A DNA stretch of 64,000 bases, from assembly GCA_963847705.1 (NCBI GenBank), contig CAWKBC010000014.1, positions 224,001 to 288,000 of the forward strand, read 5' to 3'. Below, piece by piece: positions 24,423 through 34,469 of this stretch. Position 1 is the stretch's first letter. Each line of letters begins with the position of its first letter. This stretch comes from an uncultured Pseudomonadota bacterium (GTDB lineage: Bacteria; Myxococcota_A; Polyangia; Fen-1088). The position numbers and the translations under genes were made by a program. The notes under the pieces are model-generated. The model made no database searches. It was given only the letters and a program-made list of their open reading frames with translations, and was not told where the DNA came from.

Positions 24423-25463
24423 TTACTGCAGGCACATGAGCGTGGCGCCATCCAGCTTGACGCCGCCGTCCTCCTTGGTGCCGCCGTCGACCTTGTCATC
24501 GGCGGCGCAGGGGTACTCGACCGCGGGTGGGGCGGGGAAGTTCGAGGCCCACGCCGAGGAGGTGGCGCGGTATTCGGTGACGGCCAGGGCCGAGAGGGAC
24601 TCGAGGTAGCGCCCCAGTTTCGCCGCGTAGTTGCCGGTCGGCTCCCCGTTCGCGTTGAGATCCGGCGTCGGGAGGCTCGGCAGGTGAGCGAACGGGAACG
24701 CGTACAGCGTGTACGAGTAGCTGTCCAGGGTCAGGCTGCAGCTGAAGCGAGGGTCGCCCTTGGGGAACGGGTTCGGGCAGGGCGGGAAGTAGCCGTAGTT
24801 GTTCCGCTGGGACCACTGGAGAGCCCCGGAGATGTCCGTCGAGTGATAGCCCGTCGCCGAGCTCGTGCTCAGATGCGTGGTCGCGGCCGGGATATCCCAC
24901 ATCGCCCAGTGGTACCCGTGCTGGATATTGATGTCGGTCTCCGGGGTGGTGGAGGTGGTCTGCGCCAGGAGGGAGATGTCCTTGAGCACGATCGCGTAGC
25001 TCATGGTTCCCGCGGGGGCCCCGGACCAGGTGAGGTTCGGGTTCGTGCCCGTTCCAAAGTCATGACCGTCGCAGGTCATGTTGGCGGGGAGCGCTCCGCA
25101 ATAGGCGAAGTCCGGGCTGCTGAGCGTGAGACCAGCGGCCCCGCCCGCACCGCCCGCGCCAGCGTTGCCTTGATTCACCGACGGGATGGCCGTGCACGAG
25201 TTGTTCGGCGTGACGGGGGGAGCTCCTGCCGTGCAGCCCGCGCCAGCCGCACCGCCCGCGGCGCCACCAATTCCACCCGCCCCCGCGGAGCCGCCGCCGC
25301 CGCCCGCAGCGGGTGCACCACCGGCCGCACCGCCGGAGCCGGCCTTACCGCCCGCGCCCGTCGTGCCGCCGGTGCCCGATGTACCGCTTGATGACGAACA
25401 AGCCCCCATTGAAAATCCGCCAACGACAAACGCGCCAGCAACCAACCACGACGCTCTCTTCAT
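24423..25463 (-). CDS. YbhB/YbcL (PEBP) family lipoprotein, Cys-rich, with Gly linker
   Basis: MGAC lipobox; NPNLTWSGAPAGTMSYAIVLKD, HWAMWDIPA, YFPPCP and YSYTLYA. Confidence 0.8.
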   Translation of the reverse strand: MKRASWLVAGAFVVGGFSMGACSSSSGTSGTGGTTGAGGKAGSGGAAGGAPAAGGGGGSAGAGGIGGAAGGAAGAGCTAGAPPVTPNNSCTAIPSVNQGNAGAGGAGGAAGLTLSSPDFAYCGALPANMTCDGHDFGTGTNPNLTWSGAPAGTMSYAIVLKDISLLAQTTSTTPETDINIQHGYHWAMWDIPAATTHLSTSSATGYHSTDISGALQWSQRNNYGYFPPCPNPFPKGDPRFSCSLTLDSYSYTLYAFPFAHLPSLPTPDLNANGEPTGNYAAKLGRYLESLSALAVTEYRATSSAWASNFPAPPAVEYPCAADDKVDGGTKEDGGVKLDGATLMCLQ

Positions 25464-25849
25464 TTGATATCCCCCTTTTCGACAAATCGAACGATCACGT
25501 CTCGCCCGAAAACTTCTGTACAACAAAATTGCGCGCGCCGCGACTGACAACGGCGCAACGACAGCGGGATTTGCGCGTGATTTATCCGAGGAGAAATCCA
25601 CTCAATTGTGGTTTTCCGTCTTCTGCTTTCTTTGGGTCAGCGCTCATGATTTCCGGAATGGAATTCCAAGGACTCGGCCCTCTCCACGCCCCCATTGCCA
25701 ATGCTTGTTTCGTCTTTGTCCGCGCGCAGGACAAACGGCCAGCTTGAGCTCTTTACAAACGGAGCCGCGTTTGTTTCTTCCGGCCGGATCTCCGGAGGGG
25801 AAGGATCTCCGGAGGGAAAACGTGCCCGCGGCCTGGTCACCGGACCGAC

Positions 25850-25915
25850 GTCGATCCCGCCCTCGGCGGCGCGGCCTGGTCGGTCGATCCTGCCCTCGGC
25901 GGCGCGGCCTGGTCG
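25850..25915. repeat. Two tandem 33-bp repeats, with a 14-bp direct repeat at 25786/25803
   Basis: GTCGATCCYGCCCTCGGCGGCGCGGCCTGGTCG x2; GGATCTCCGGAGGG x2. Confidence 0.85.
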
Positions 25916-25946
25916 GCGGATTCCCGCACCGGCGCTCGACGCTCGT

Positions 25947-27668
25947 CTAATGCAGCGGGACGGGCGCCAGCTGGTGCTGCTCGGCGAAGCGGGTGGTCAC
26001 GAAGACCGTGGCCAGCGGGTCGGCGAAGACGCAGCGCCAGCGCGGATCGTGGCTGAGAATCTCGGCCGCGCGTCCCAGCGGCCCGCGCTCGATCAAGATG
26101 GCGGGGATCTCGTCGGGCCGCCCGTAGTCGATCCCCAGCGCGGTTTCCCAGCTGAGGTCGTTGTTCCACAGCCGGCGGATCGCGGTCAGATAGCGTTCGA
26201 AGGTCTCTTGCGTGTTGACCTCCAACCGGGGATCCATGAACTGCTTGTGCCGAGGCGCGCCGTGCGCGATGCAGACGGCGGCCTGGCTGATGTTGTAGGC
26301 GGCGATGCGGTCGGGGAGATCCGGTCGTGCCAGGAACGCGCAGGCGTCGTGCGCGAACCAGCGGGGCCGCTCGCCCAATCCCACCCGACGCCCTTCGCCT
26401 GACCAGGCGTAGAGCCCGCCCGACACGGTGGCCAAACCCAGCGCCCCCACGGCGGCGAGCAGGACGGCGTTTGGCGCGGGCCAACGGCGATCGCCCGAGG
26501 TCTCCGCATTGTTCCGGCCTTCGAAGTCTCGCGAGCGTTTGCCCGAGGGAGCTCGCCGGCGCGCCTTCTTCGTGGGAACGGCGGCGGCCAGCGGCCGCGC
26601 TGCCAGGGCATCGTCGAAGTTCCAGGTGGTGACCAGCACGGCGATCACCCCGCAAAGGGCGCTGTTGCGGGTGGCCCGCCAGGCCAGATAGACGCCGGCG
26701 GCGAAGATCACCAGGCGAAAGAGGCGCAGCTCGGCGCGGCGCGCGCAGAGGACGAAGCTGACCAAACCGAGGACGACGATGGCGAAGTAGGCCAGCAAAT
26801 AGGGGTTCCAGATCCCGGCGGCGGCGATGAAGTCACCCGCGGTCTTCAGCTCGCCGATGGCGGCGCGGTAGAGGGCGGCGTTGCCAAGCGTGTGGAACTG
26901 TTCGAAGGGCAAGCTGAAGGCTTTGGCCCCGTAGGGGCTGACCAGGCAGGCGAGCAGGGACGAGAGGACGACGACGACGAACGTGCGCGCCGGTGGACGA
27001 TCGGCGCGCCGCTCGGGTGGTCGCAGCCGCTCGACCGCCCATTCCGCCCCGTACGCCAGGAGCACCAACGGACCGAGCACGAAGAACCCGTGGCAATTGA
27101 CCCACAACACCTGAAGGATCGGCACCAGCCAGAGCCCGCGCGGTGCCCGCGGGGCGCGCGCCAGCAGCACCAGATCGGCGGTGAGCAGCAGCAGCGAGGC
27201 GGCCTCCGGCCGTTCGGAGAGGCGCCCGGAGACCATCAACACGCCCGGCAGCCACGCCAGAGCCCAGGGCCAGACACGATGACCCGGCCGCCGCCCCAGC
27301 ATGGACAGGGCGACGATGCCGGCGCCCGCCGTCGCTTTGAGCAGCACCAGCGCCGACACCCCGCCCGCGCGGTAGAGCAGCGCCAATCCAACCTGGTACA
27401 GCCAGTAGACGTCGATCCAGGGCCGCGTGGCGTTGGTGTACGTGAAGAGGTCGAGGCGCGGGACCGCGTGGGTTTCGAGAATGAGCTGGCCCGCGCGCAG
27501 GTGCCACCACACGTCGAAGTCGGCCACCGGGAAGCAGCCCAGCAAGAACGCCAGGGCGGGCAACGCGGCCAGCAAGGCCCGGCGCCAAGGCTCCGGGCGG
27601 TCAACCTGCGGGGTCGCTCTAGCCGTGGGCATGGCCCTCCTGGCCGACCTGGTGCCGGCCTTGGTCAT
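25947..27668 (-). CDS. Polytopic membrane protein, possibly a GT-C-fold glycosyltransferase
   Basis: DFDVWWHLRAG after TM1, ERPE, WVNCHG, multiple TM helices, and a periplasmic C-terminal FMDPRLE domain. Confidence 0.6.
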   Translation of the reverse strand: MTKAGTRSARRAMPTARATPQVDRPEPWRRALLAALPALAFLLGCFPVADFDVWWHLRAGQLILETHAVPRLDLFTYTNATRPWIDVYWLYQVGLALLYRAGGVSALVLLKATAGAGIVALSMLGRRPGHRVWPWALAWLPGVLMVSGRLSERPEAASLLLLTADLVLLARAPRAPRGLWLVPILQVLWVNCHGFFVLGPLVLLAYGAEWAVERLRPPERRADRPPARTFVVVVLSSLLACLVSPYGAKAFSLPFEQFHTLGNAALYRAAIGELKTAGDFIAAAGIWNPYLLAYFAIVVLGLVSFVLCARRAELRLFRLVIFAAGVYLAWRATRNSALCGVIAVLVTTWNFDDALAARPLAAAVPTKKARRRAPSGKRSRDFEGRNNAETSGDRRWPAPNAVLLAAVGALGLATVSGGLYAWSGEGRRVGLGERPRWFAHDACAFLARPDLPDRIAAYNISQAAVCIAHGAPRHKQFMDPRLEVNTQETFERYLTAIRRLWNNDLSWETALGIDYGRPDEIPAILIERGPLGRAAEILSHDPRWRCVFADPLATVFVTTRFAEQHQLAPVPLH

Positions 27669-27798
27669 GGCCTGCTCGGTGCCCCGGCGCGATGACCACC
27701 GCCACCACTTTGCAGCGTTTCATCCGTCGCAGCGACCATAGCACCAGTGCCGAGCCGGGCCTTGCGAGCTGCGAAGACGTGATCAACTTCGCGCGTGT

Positions 27799-28911
27799 TT
27801 GCCAGCCGCGATAAATACGTCCGCCGCCTGCGCGCTCTGCCTCCTTCTGGCGATCGCCGCCTGCGGACAAGGCACGGCCTCCGGCTCGGGTCCCGCCGGG
27901 CCGCCTCCCATGCCGGTGCAGATCGAGGCCGTCAAGTCGGTCCCCCTGCGCGACGCCACCGAGTACGTGGGCGTCCTGCGCTCCCGGCAGTCGGTGCAAA
28001 TCCAGCCGCTCGTCGAGGGTCATGTTTCCAAGATTCTGGTCACCTCGGGCAATGACGCTCGGCCACGCGACCCGTTGATCGACATCGATCCGTCGCGCCA
28101 GCGCGCCGCCGTCAACAGCCAGCAGGCCCTCCACAAGGCGAACGTCGCCGCCCTCGACCTGGCGCGCAAACAGTTCGCGCGCATCGATCGCCTCTTCAAG
28201 CGAGGCGCCGCCACCCGCCAGGACTTCGACCAGGCTCAAAACGGGCTGCAACAGGCGGAGGCAAACGCGAGCGCGACCGAAGCGCAGACGCAGGCGCAGA
28301 CGGTCGAGCTCCACTATTACCGGGTCGCGGCGCCGGTGGGCGGGACCGTCGGCGACATCCCGGTGCGGGTCGGCGACCTGGTGACGACGCAGACGCTGCT
28401 CACCACGCTGGACGACAACAGCACCCTGGAGGTCTACATCGACGTGCCAGTGGAGCGGGCGGCGACCTTGAAGCTGGGGACGCGCGTCGAGATCGTCGAC
28501 GCCGACGGCGGCGTCGTGGCGCCGAGCGAGGTCAGCTTCGTCTCGCCGCGCGCCGACCCCGCAACCCAGATGGTCCTGGTCAAGGCGAACGTGGACAACC
28601 AGGCCGGTCGGTTGCGCGCGGCGCAGTTCGTGCGCGCCCGGATCGTCTGGCGCCAGCACGACGGGCCCGTGGTGCCGGTGCTCTCGGTGCAGCGACGCGC
28701 CGGGCAGGCGTTCGTCTGGGTGGTGAACGGAACGGAGGGCGCCCTCACGGCAGCATTGCGGGTCGTCCAGATCGGGCCGATCGAGGGGCAGAGCTATCCG
28801 GTCACCGGCGGGCTGCAGGTGGGCGACCGAATCGTCGCCTCTGGCGTGCAGAAGCTCCGCCCCGGAGCGCGCATCGCCCCGCTCCCGCCCGCGGCGAAGG
28901 GTGGCGGCTAG
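27799..28911 (+). CDS. RND efflux periplasmic adaptor (MFP) lipoprotein
   Basis: IAAC lipobox, alpha-hairpin, APVGGTVG, GDRIVASGVQKL. Confidence 0.93.
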   Translation: MPAAINTSAACALCLLLAIAACGQGTASGSGPAGPPPMPVQIEAVKSVPLRDATEYVGVLRSRQSVQIQPLVEGHVSKILVTSGNDARPRDPLIDIDPSRQRAAVNSQQALHKANVAALDLARKQFARIDRLFKRGAATRQDFDQAQNGLQQAEANASATEAQTQAQTVELHYYRVAAPVGGTVGDIPVRVGDLVTTQTLLTTLDDNSTLEVYIDVPVERAATLKLGTRVEIVDADGGVVAPSEVSFVSPRADPATQMVLVKANVDNQAGRLRAAQFVRARIVWRQHDGPVVPVLSVQRRAGQAFVWVVNGTEGALTAALRVVQIGPIEGQSYPVTGGLQVGDRIVASGVQKLRPGARIAPLPPAAKGGG

Positions 28912-28915
28912 TGAT

Positions 28916-29131
28916 TCGCGTGAGGGAGGACGAGCTTCGCTCGTCCGAGCTCGTCGCGAGGGGCGCGGGACCCCCTGGGGGTCCGGCTCGCGTGAGGGAG
29001 GACGAGCTTCGCTCGTCCGAGCTCGTCGCCGGGGGCGCGGGACCCCTCAGGGGTCCGGCTCGCGTGAGGGAGGACGAGCTTCGCTCGTCCGAGCTCGTCG
29101 CCGGGGGCGCGGGACCCCTTGGGGGTCCCGA
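28916..29131. repeat. Three tandem 72-bp REP-like units, each with two hairpins
   Basis: Units at 28916, 28988 and 29060; hairpins GGACGAGC-TTC-GCTCGTCC and GGACCCC-NNN-GGGGTCC. Confidence 0.93.
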
Positions 29132-29136
29132 CTAAG

Positions 29137-32100
29137 ATGTTCGCAGAGTTTTTCATCAAGCGTCCGATCTTCGCGTCGGTGTGCGCGATCGTCATCGTGC
29201 TGGGGGGGGCGGTGAGCATCCCGACGCTGCCCATCGCCCAGTACCCCGAGCTGGCGGCGCCGCAGGTCCAGGTGCAGAGCGTCTACGTCGGCGCGAGCGC
29301 GCGGGCGGTGGAGTCGGCCGTCACCACGCCGCTCGAGCAGCAGATCAACGGCGCCGAAGGGATGCGCTACCTCACCTCGACCAGCGGCAGCGACGGCACC
29401 AGCAGCATCACCGCCACCTTCGACGTCGGGCGGGACAAGGATCTGGCGGCCGTGGAGGTGCAGAACCGGGTCAACACCGCGCTGCCCCGGCTCCCCGCCG
29501 AGGTGAAGAACACCGGGGTCACGGTCCTCAAGACCTCCCCCGCAATCGTGATCGCGGCGGGCTTTTATTCCGACGACAACTCGCTCAGCAACATCTTCAT
29601 CAGCAACTACCTGGATCTCTACGTGCGCGACGAGATCAAGCGCATCCCCGGCACGGCCGACGTGACGATCTTCGGCGAGCGCAAGTACGCCATGCGTCTC
29701 TGGCTCGATCCGGTGCGGCTCACCGCCCGTGGGCTGACCGCCTCCGACGTGGTGGCGGCGCTGCGCGAGCAGAACGCCATCATCGCGGCGGGCCAGGTCG
29801 GCCGCCCCCCGGCGCCGGCGGGGCAGACCTTCCAGATCAGCGTCAGCGTGGCCGGGCGGCTGACCGATCCACACGAGTTCGAGCAGCTGGTGCTCAAGCG
29901 CACCGCCAACGGCGGGCTGGTGCTGCTGCGCGACGTCGGCACCGCGGAGCTGGGGGCCGAAGACTATTCTCTGAACCTCCGCTTCGACGGCCGCGACGCC
30001 GTCGGGTTTGGGGTGTTTCAACAGCCCGACGCCAACGCCCTGCAGCTGGAGGCCGCCATCCGGGCGACGCTGAGCCGCCTGGCCGTCACCTTTCCGCCCT
30101 CGATGAAGTACGAGATCGCCTTCAATCCGACCACCGCGGTGCGCGAATCGATCCGCGAGGTGGTGAAGACCCTGCTCGAGGCGATCGTGCTGGTCATCGT
30201 GGTCATCTTCCTGTTCCTCCAGGACTGGCGCGCCACCGTCATTCCCGCCGTCACCATCCCGGTGTCGCTGGTCGGGACCTTCACCTTCATCAAGGCGTTC
30301 GGATTTTCGATCAACACGCTCACGTTGTTCGGGATCGTTCTGGCCACCGGGTTGGTGGTCGACGACGCCATCGTCGTGGTCGAGAACATCGCCCGCAACC
30401 TCGGCGAGACGCGGGGCGACGCACACGCCGCCGCCACCCGGGCGATGGGCGAGGTGGCGGGTGCGGTGATCGCCACCTCGCTGGTGCTGATCGCGGTGTT
30501 CGTACCGGTGGCGTTTCTCTCCGGCACGACCGGGCGCCTCTATCGACAGTTCTCACTGACCATCGCGTTCTCCGTCGCCATCTCGGCCTTCAACGCGCTG
30601 ACGCTGTCGCCCGCGCTGGCCGCCCTCTTGCTGCGCGCCGAGCGGGAGCATCACTTCGCGCTCTTCCGCTGGTTCAACCGCGGGTTCGACGCCACCCGCG
30701 AGCACTACCGTCGCGCGCTCGGGTGGCTGCTTCACCATCTCCGGTGGGTGGGCGCCGCCTTCGTGGCCGGCCTGGCCCTGACCTTCCTGGTGTTCCGCCT
30801 GGTTCCCACCGGGTTCGTCCCCGACGAAGATCAGAATTATTTCATCGTGCAGATGATCGGGCCACAGGGCGCGTCGCTCGACTACATGACCACCGTTGCC
30901 AAGCAGGTGGAGGCGCGGCTCAAGAGCCGAGACGAGGTCCGGCACGTCTTCTCGGTGCTGGGGTTCAACTTCGCCGGCAACAGCGCCAACCGCGCCATCA
31001 TCTTCGCCAGCCTGTCGCCGGTCGGGGAGCGCGCAGGGAGCGCACATTCCGCCCAGGCGGTGATCGCCGACATGCAGCGAAAGCTGGGCGCGATCACGGG
31101 CGCGATCGTGGTCCCCTTCCTGCCGCCGCCGATCCAGGGGCAGGGCTCGACGGGCGGCTTCACCTTCGAGCTGCTCGACAAGGGCGGCGGCACCGATTTC
31201 AGCACACTGGCCGAAGCGAGCCAGGGGCTGACCGCCGAGGCGATGCGCAGCGGTCGGATCGGTGGCCTCTTCTCCACCTTCAGCGTCGACGATCCCCAGC
31301 TGCAGGTGACGATCGATCGTGAGAAGGCCAAGAGCATCGGCGTGTCGATCGGTCAGGTCGCCGACGCGCTCGGCGTTTACCTCGGGTCACAGTACGTGAA
31401 CGACTTCGACTTCGGCCCCCGCGGCTACCGCGTCTACGCGCAGGCCGCGGCCGCCTACCGCGATCAGCCGCGCGACATCGGCGAGCTCTACGTCCGGTCG
31501 GAGGCCGGCGCGCTCGTCTCGCTCGACAATCTGGTGCGCGTGAAGACCGGCTCGGGCCCGCCGGTGATCAGCCACTACAACCTGTACCGCTCCATCGAGC
31601 TGGCAGGGACGCCGACGCCGGGCACCTCCAGCGGCCAGGCCATCACCGCCATGGAGACGGCGGCGCACAACGTGCTGCCCGCCGACCTGGGCTTCGAATG
31701 GTCCGGGATCTCCTGGGAAGAGGTGCGCGCCGGAAGCCAGGCGCTGGTGATCTTCGCCCTGGGCCTGACCTTCGTGTTCCTGGTGCTCTCGGCCCAGTAC
31801 GAGAGCTTCACGCTGCCGTTCATCATCATCCTCGCCGTACCGCTGGCGCTCCTGGGAGCGCTGGTCGCCCAGAAGCTGCGGGGGCTGAGCAACGACGTCT
31901 TCTGCCAGATCGGTCTGCTGATGCTGATCGGTCTGGCCAGCAAGAACGCGATCCTGATCGTCGAGTTCGCCGAGCAGCTGCGCGCCAAGGGCGGCTCCGC
32001 CGCCGATGCCGTCGCCGAGGCGACGCTGCTGCGGTTGCGCCCCATCTTGATGACCTCCTTCGCCTTCCTGCTGGGCATCCTGCCGCTGGTCTTCGCCAGC

Positions 32101-32280
32101 GGCTCCGGCGCCAACGGCCGGCACTCGATGGGCACCGCGCTCTTCGGAGGTCTCTTGCTGTCGACGGTGCTGAACCTCTTCTTCACCCCGGCGCTGTATC
32201 TGTTGATGCAGAACGCCCGCGCCCGGGTCGCCTCCTGGAGGCAGGCCGGCCGCCCCGCGGAACGCGCGGACTCTCTCTAG
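29137..32280 (+). CDS. RND efflux permease (HAE1/AcrB family)
   Basis: FFIKRPIFA, GLVVDDAIVVVEN, KNAILIVEFA and RLRPILMT. Confidence 0.97.
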   Translation: MFAEFFIKRPIFASVCAIVIVLGGAVSIPTLPIAQYPELAAPQVQVQSVYVGASARAVESAVTTPLEQQINGAEGMRYLTSTSGSDGTSSITATFDVGRDKDLAAVEVQNRVNTALPRLPAEVKNTGVTVLKTSPAIVIAAGFYSDDNSLSNIFISNYLDLYVRDEIKRIPGTADVTIFGERKYAMRLWLDPVRLTARGLTASDVVAALREQNAIIAAGQVGRPPAPAGQTFQISVSVAGRLTDPHEFEQLVLKRTANGGLVLLRDVGTAELGAEDYSLNLRFDGRDAVGFGVFQQPDANALQLEAAIRATLSRLAVTFPPSMKYEIAFNPTTAVRESIREVVKTLLEAIVLVIVVIFLFLQDWRATVIPAVTIPVSLVGTFTFIKAFGFSINTLTLFGIVLATGLVVDDAIVVVENIARNLGETRGDAHAAATRAMGEVAGAVIATSLVLIAVFVPVAFLSGTTGRLYRQFSLTIAFSVAISAFNALTLSPALAALLLRAEREHHFALFRWFNRGFDATREHYRRALGWLLHHLRWVGAAFVAGLALTFLVFRLVPTGFVPDEDQNYFIVQMIGPQGASLDYMTTVAKQVEARLKSRDEVRHVFSVLGFNFAGNSANRAIIFASLSPVGERAGSAHSAQAVIADMQRKLGAITGAIVVPFLPPPIQGQGSTGGFTFELLDKGGGTDFSTLAEASQGLTAEAMRSGRIGGLFSTFSVDDPQLQVTIDREKAKSIGVSIGQVADALGVYLGSQYVNDFDFGPRGYRVYAQAAAAYRDQPRDIGELYVRSEAGALVSLDNLVRVKTGSGPPVISHYNLYRSIELAGTPTPGTSSGQAITAMETAAHNVLPADLGFEWSGISWEEVRAGSQALVIFALGLTFVFLVLSAQYESFTLPFIIILAVPLALLGALVAQKLRGLSNDVFCQIGLLMLIGLASKNAILIVEFAEQLRAKGGSAADAVAEATLLRLRPILMTSFAFLLGILPLVFASGSGANGRHSMGTALFGGLLLSTVLNLFFTPALYLLMQNARARVASWRQAGRPAERADSL

Positions 32281-32297
32281 AGAGGACTCGGGGAGAT

Positions 32298-32495
32298 TTA
32301 GCCCTTCGCGCCGGCAGGCTCGGGCAGCGCGCTCAACGAATCGAGGTACCGCACGACCCATGAGCCGCGCCCCCCCTTCCTCTTGGGGCGCGGAGGCTTC
32401 GGCGGGCTCTCCCCCAGAGACGCCGTCTGATAGAGGACGCGAATCGCTTCTGCCTGGCCGTAGAGTTGTACTTCGACCGCTTTCCGAATCGACAT
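32298..32495 (-). CDS. Small hypothetical protein
   Basis: 65-aa ORF filling an intergenic gap, with an AGAAGG-like RBS; no recognised motif. Confidence 0.4.
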   Translation of the reverse strand: MSIRKAVEVQLYGQAEAIRVLYQTASLGESPPKPPRPKRKGGRGSWVVRYLDSLSALPEPAGAKG

Positions 32496-32571
32496 GGCGC
32501 CTTCTACCGGATCATCGGCGGTTCAGGAAATCCCTGAACCGCCTCCGGCGCGGCGCCTGTCGTGCGGTGAC

Positions 32572-34194
32572 CTACTCCAGCGCCAGCGCGTGCTCCGCGT
32601 GCTCCTCGTGTTCGTGTTCGTCGGTCGCCGGGACCGGGGCGACCGCGGCGAAGCGACTGCAGGCGTAAAGGACGGTGGCGACGGCGAAGTAGGCGACGAC
32701 CACGGTCGGGTTCTCGAAGGCGCCGACCTCCTCGCCGTGCATGAGACCGAGGAAGGTCAGGACGCCGCCCGCGGCCGCAAAGCCGGCCGCCTTGGAGAAC
32801 TGCCGATCGATGATGAACGTCGTGGTGGCCCCCAGGATGACGCCCGCCAGGATCGACCCACCGCCCAGGATCGAGAGGCCGTGGTACATGATGCCGACCT
32901 TCTGGAGCTGGGCGATCATGTCGGGCGTGACCACGTGAATGTTGGAGATGGCGCCGAGCGAGTTGTCGATCTGCAACTTCCCCCAGGCGGCCAGCGACGG
33001 GAACAGCGCGATGACCACCGCCGGCGCATGGCGGCGCGGCGTCTCCTGGAACGCCTGCGAGCCAATCAGCATGCCGATGTAGAGCAAGATGGGTGAGATC
33101 GCCACCACCGGGATCAACGCGGTCATCAGCGAGATGATGCCGAACCAGGAGAGGATGATGACCATGACCCCCGTGGCGGCGGAGTACCCGATGCGCCCGC
33201 CCATGGCCTTCCAGCCGGGATGCCCGATGTACACGGCGTTGATGTAGGGGTTGCCCATCAGGCAGCCGATGAGGCTCACCACGCCGTCCGCGGTCAGGAC
33301 GCGCGTGGTCGGATACTCGTCGCCGGCGGCCGAGGCGCTGACCACGTTGTCCATCGCTTCCACGAGGTCGTAGATGCCGAAGGGGATGGCGGTGACGAGA
33401 ATGATTTTTAGAAACGACCAGTGCAGCCCGCCGAGGACCAGCCCGATGACGGGGTGGGGGACGGAGAAGCCGAAGGTCTGGAAGGATCCCTTGAGCGCTT
33501 CGGCGCTCATCCCGCCGAAGTGCAGACCGAACAGATTGGAGCCCCAGGCGATCAAGGTGCCGGCGGCGATCGCCACCAGGCCGGCGGGGATTCCGCCGAA
33601 CTTCACGCCGCCGAACCAGCTGACGAGAATGATCGCGAAGCAGACGATCCCGACCATCGGGGTCAGGAACATCTCCAGCGCGGGCTTCATGGAGATGAAG
33701 GTGATGGAGACGCCGGCCAGGGCACCGAGGAGCGCGGCCTTCGGGGTGATCCGTCGGATGATGGGGGCAATGAAACCGCCCGCCATCAAGACGAAGCTCT
33801 GAATGAACACCCAGGTCAGCCCGGCTTGCCAACCCTTCATGGGGTCACCGGTGGCGAGCTTGACCGGGAGCATGATGACCAGCGTGACGATGAACATGTG
33901 CGGCACGCTGATCCCGGAGGGGAGTGCGCAGACGTCGGTGCGGCCCGTCTTCTTCGCCAGGCGATAGGCGAGCGACGCGTAGTAGAAGGTGCTCAAACAC
34001 ATCATGAGCCCCGAGGCGGGCAGGATGCGCTTGAAGACCAGCTCGTCTGGCATCTGCAGGACGAACCTCAAGAGCGCGCTGAGCGTCAGCAGGTTCACCA
34101 GAATGTTGGTGCCGAAGCCGAAGAAGGCGTTCCAGTCGCCCGGCACCCAGAGCTTGGGTTTACCGAGCATTCCAGTGGTGGGTGCCGAGGTCAT
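32572..34194 (-). CDS. NCS2/AzgA-like nucleobase-type permease
   Basis: GDWNAFFG, ALPSG, EAMDNV.SA.AAGD and VYIGHPGWKAMG; many TM helices; GGAGG RBS. Confidence 0.8.
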   Translation of the reverse strand: MTSAPTTGMLGKPKLWVPGDWNAFFGFGTNILVNLLTLSALLRFVLQMPDELVFKRILPASGLMMCLSTFYYASLAYRLAKKTGRTDVCALPSGISVPHMFIVTLVIMLPVKLATGDPMKGWQAGLTWVFIQSFVLMAGGFIAPIIRRITPKAALLGALAGVSITFISMKPALEMFLTPMVGIVCFAIILVSWFGGVKFGGIPAGLVAIAAGTLIAWGSNLFGLHFGGMSAEALKGSFQTFGFSVPHPVIGLVLGGLHWSFLKIILVTAIPFGIYDLVEAMDNVVSASAAGDEYPTTRVLTADGVVSLIGCLMGNPYINAVYIGHPGWKAMGGRIGYSAATGVMVIILSWFGIISLMTALIPVVAISPILLYIGMLIGSQAFQETPRRHAPAVVIALFPSLAAWGKLQIDNSLGAISNIHVVTPDMIAQLQKVGIMYHGLSILGGGSILAGVILGATTTFIIDRQFSKAAGFAAAGGVLTFLGLMHGEEVGAFENPTVVVAYFAVATVLYACSRFAAVAPVPATDEHEHEEHAEHALALE

Positions 34195-34469
34195 CTTGAG
34201 TCCTCCATGCCTCGAACACTATCCAGCGGACCCACGGTCGGACGCATTTCGAGGTTAAATGGATTCCAAGCGATTGTTTCTGACCGTCGACAACGACGGT
34301 CCGCCGATGTTTCCAATCGTAGGACGGTTCTATTTCGAAACCCGCAACGCCGCAGAATGACGGCGGCGGGAAATCCGCCAGGCGCTGAGGTCGCCGCCGA
34401 CCGTCAGCGTCGCGCTCCCTCTCGGGCACGACTTGCGATTTCGTTCCCTGCTTGCGAAGGTGAGGCCGC

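Noticed and set aside
28916-29131. Possible CRISPR array
   Set aside because: The units are near-identical over all 72 bp, so there are no unique spacers.
34195-34469. Guanidine riboswitch upstream of the NCS2-like permease
   Set aside because: The hairpin lacks ACGR loops, and there is no ykkC-type consensus.
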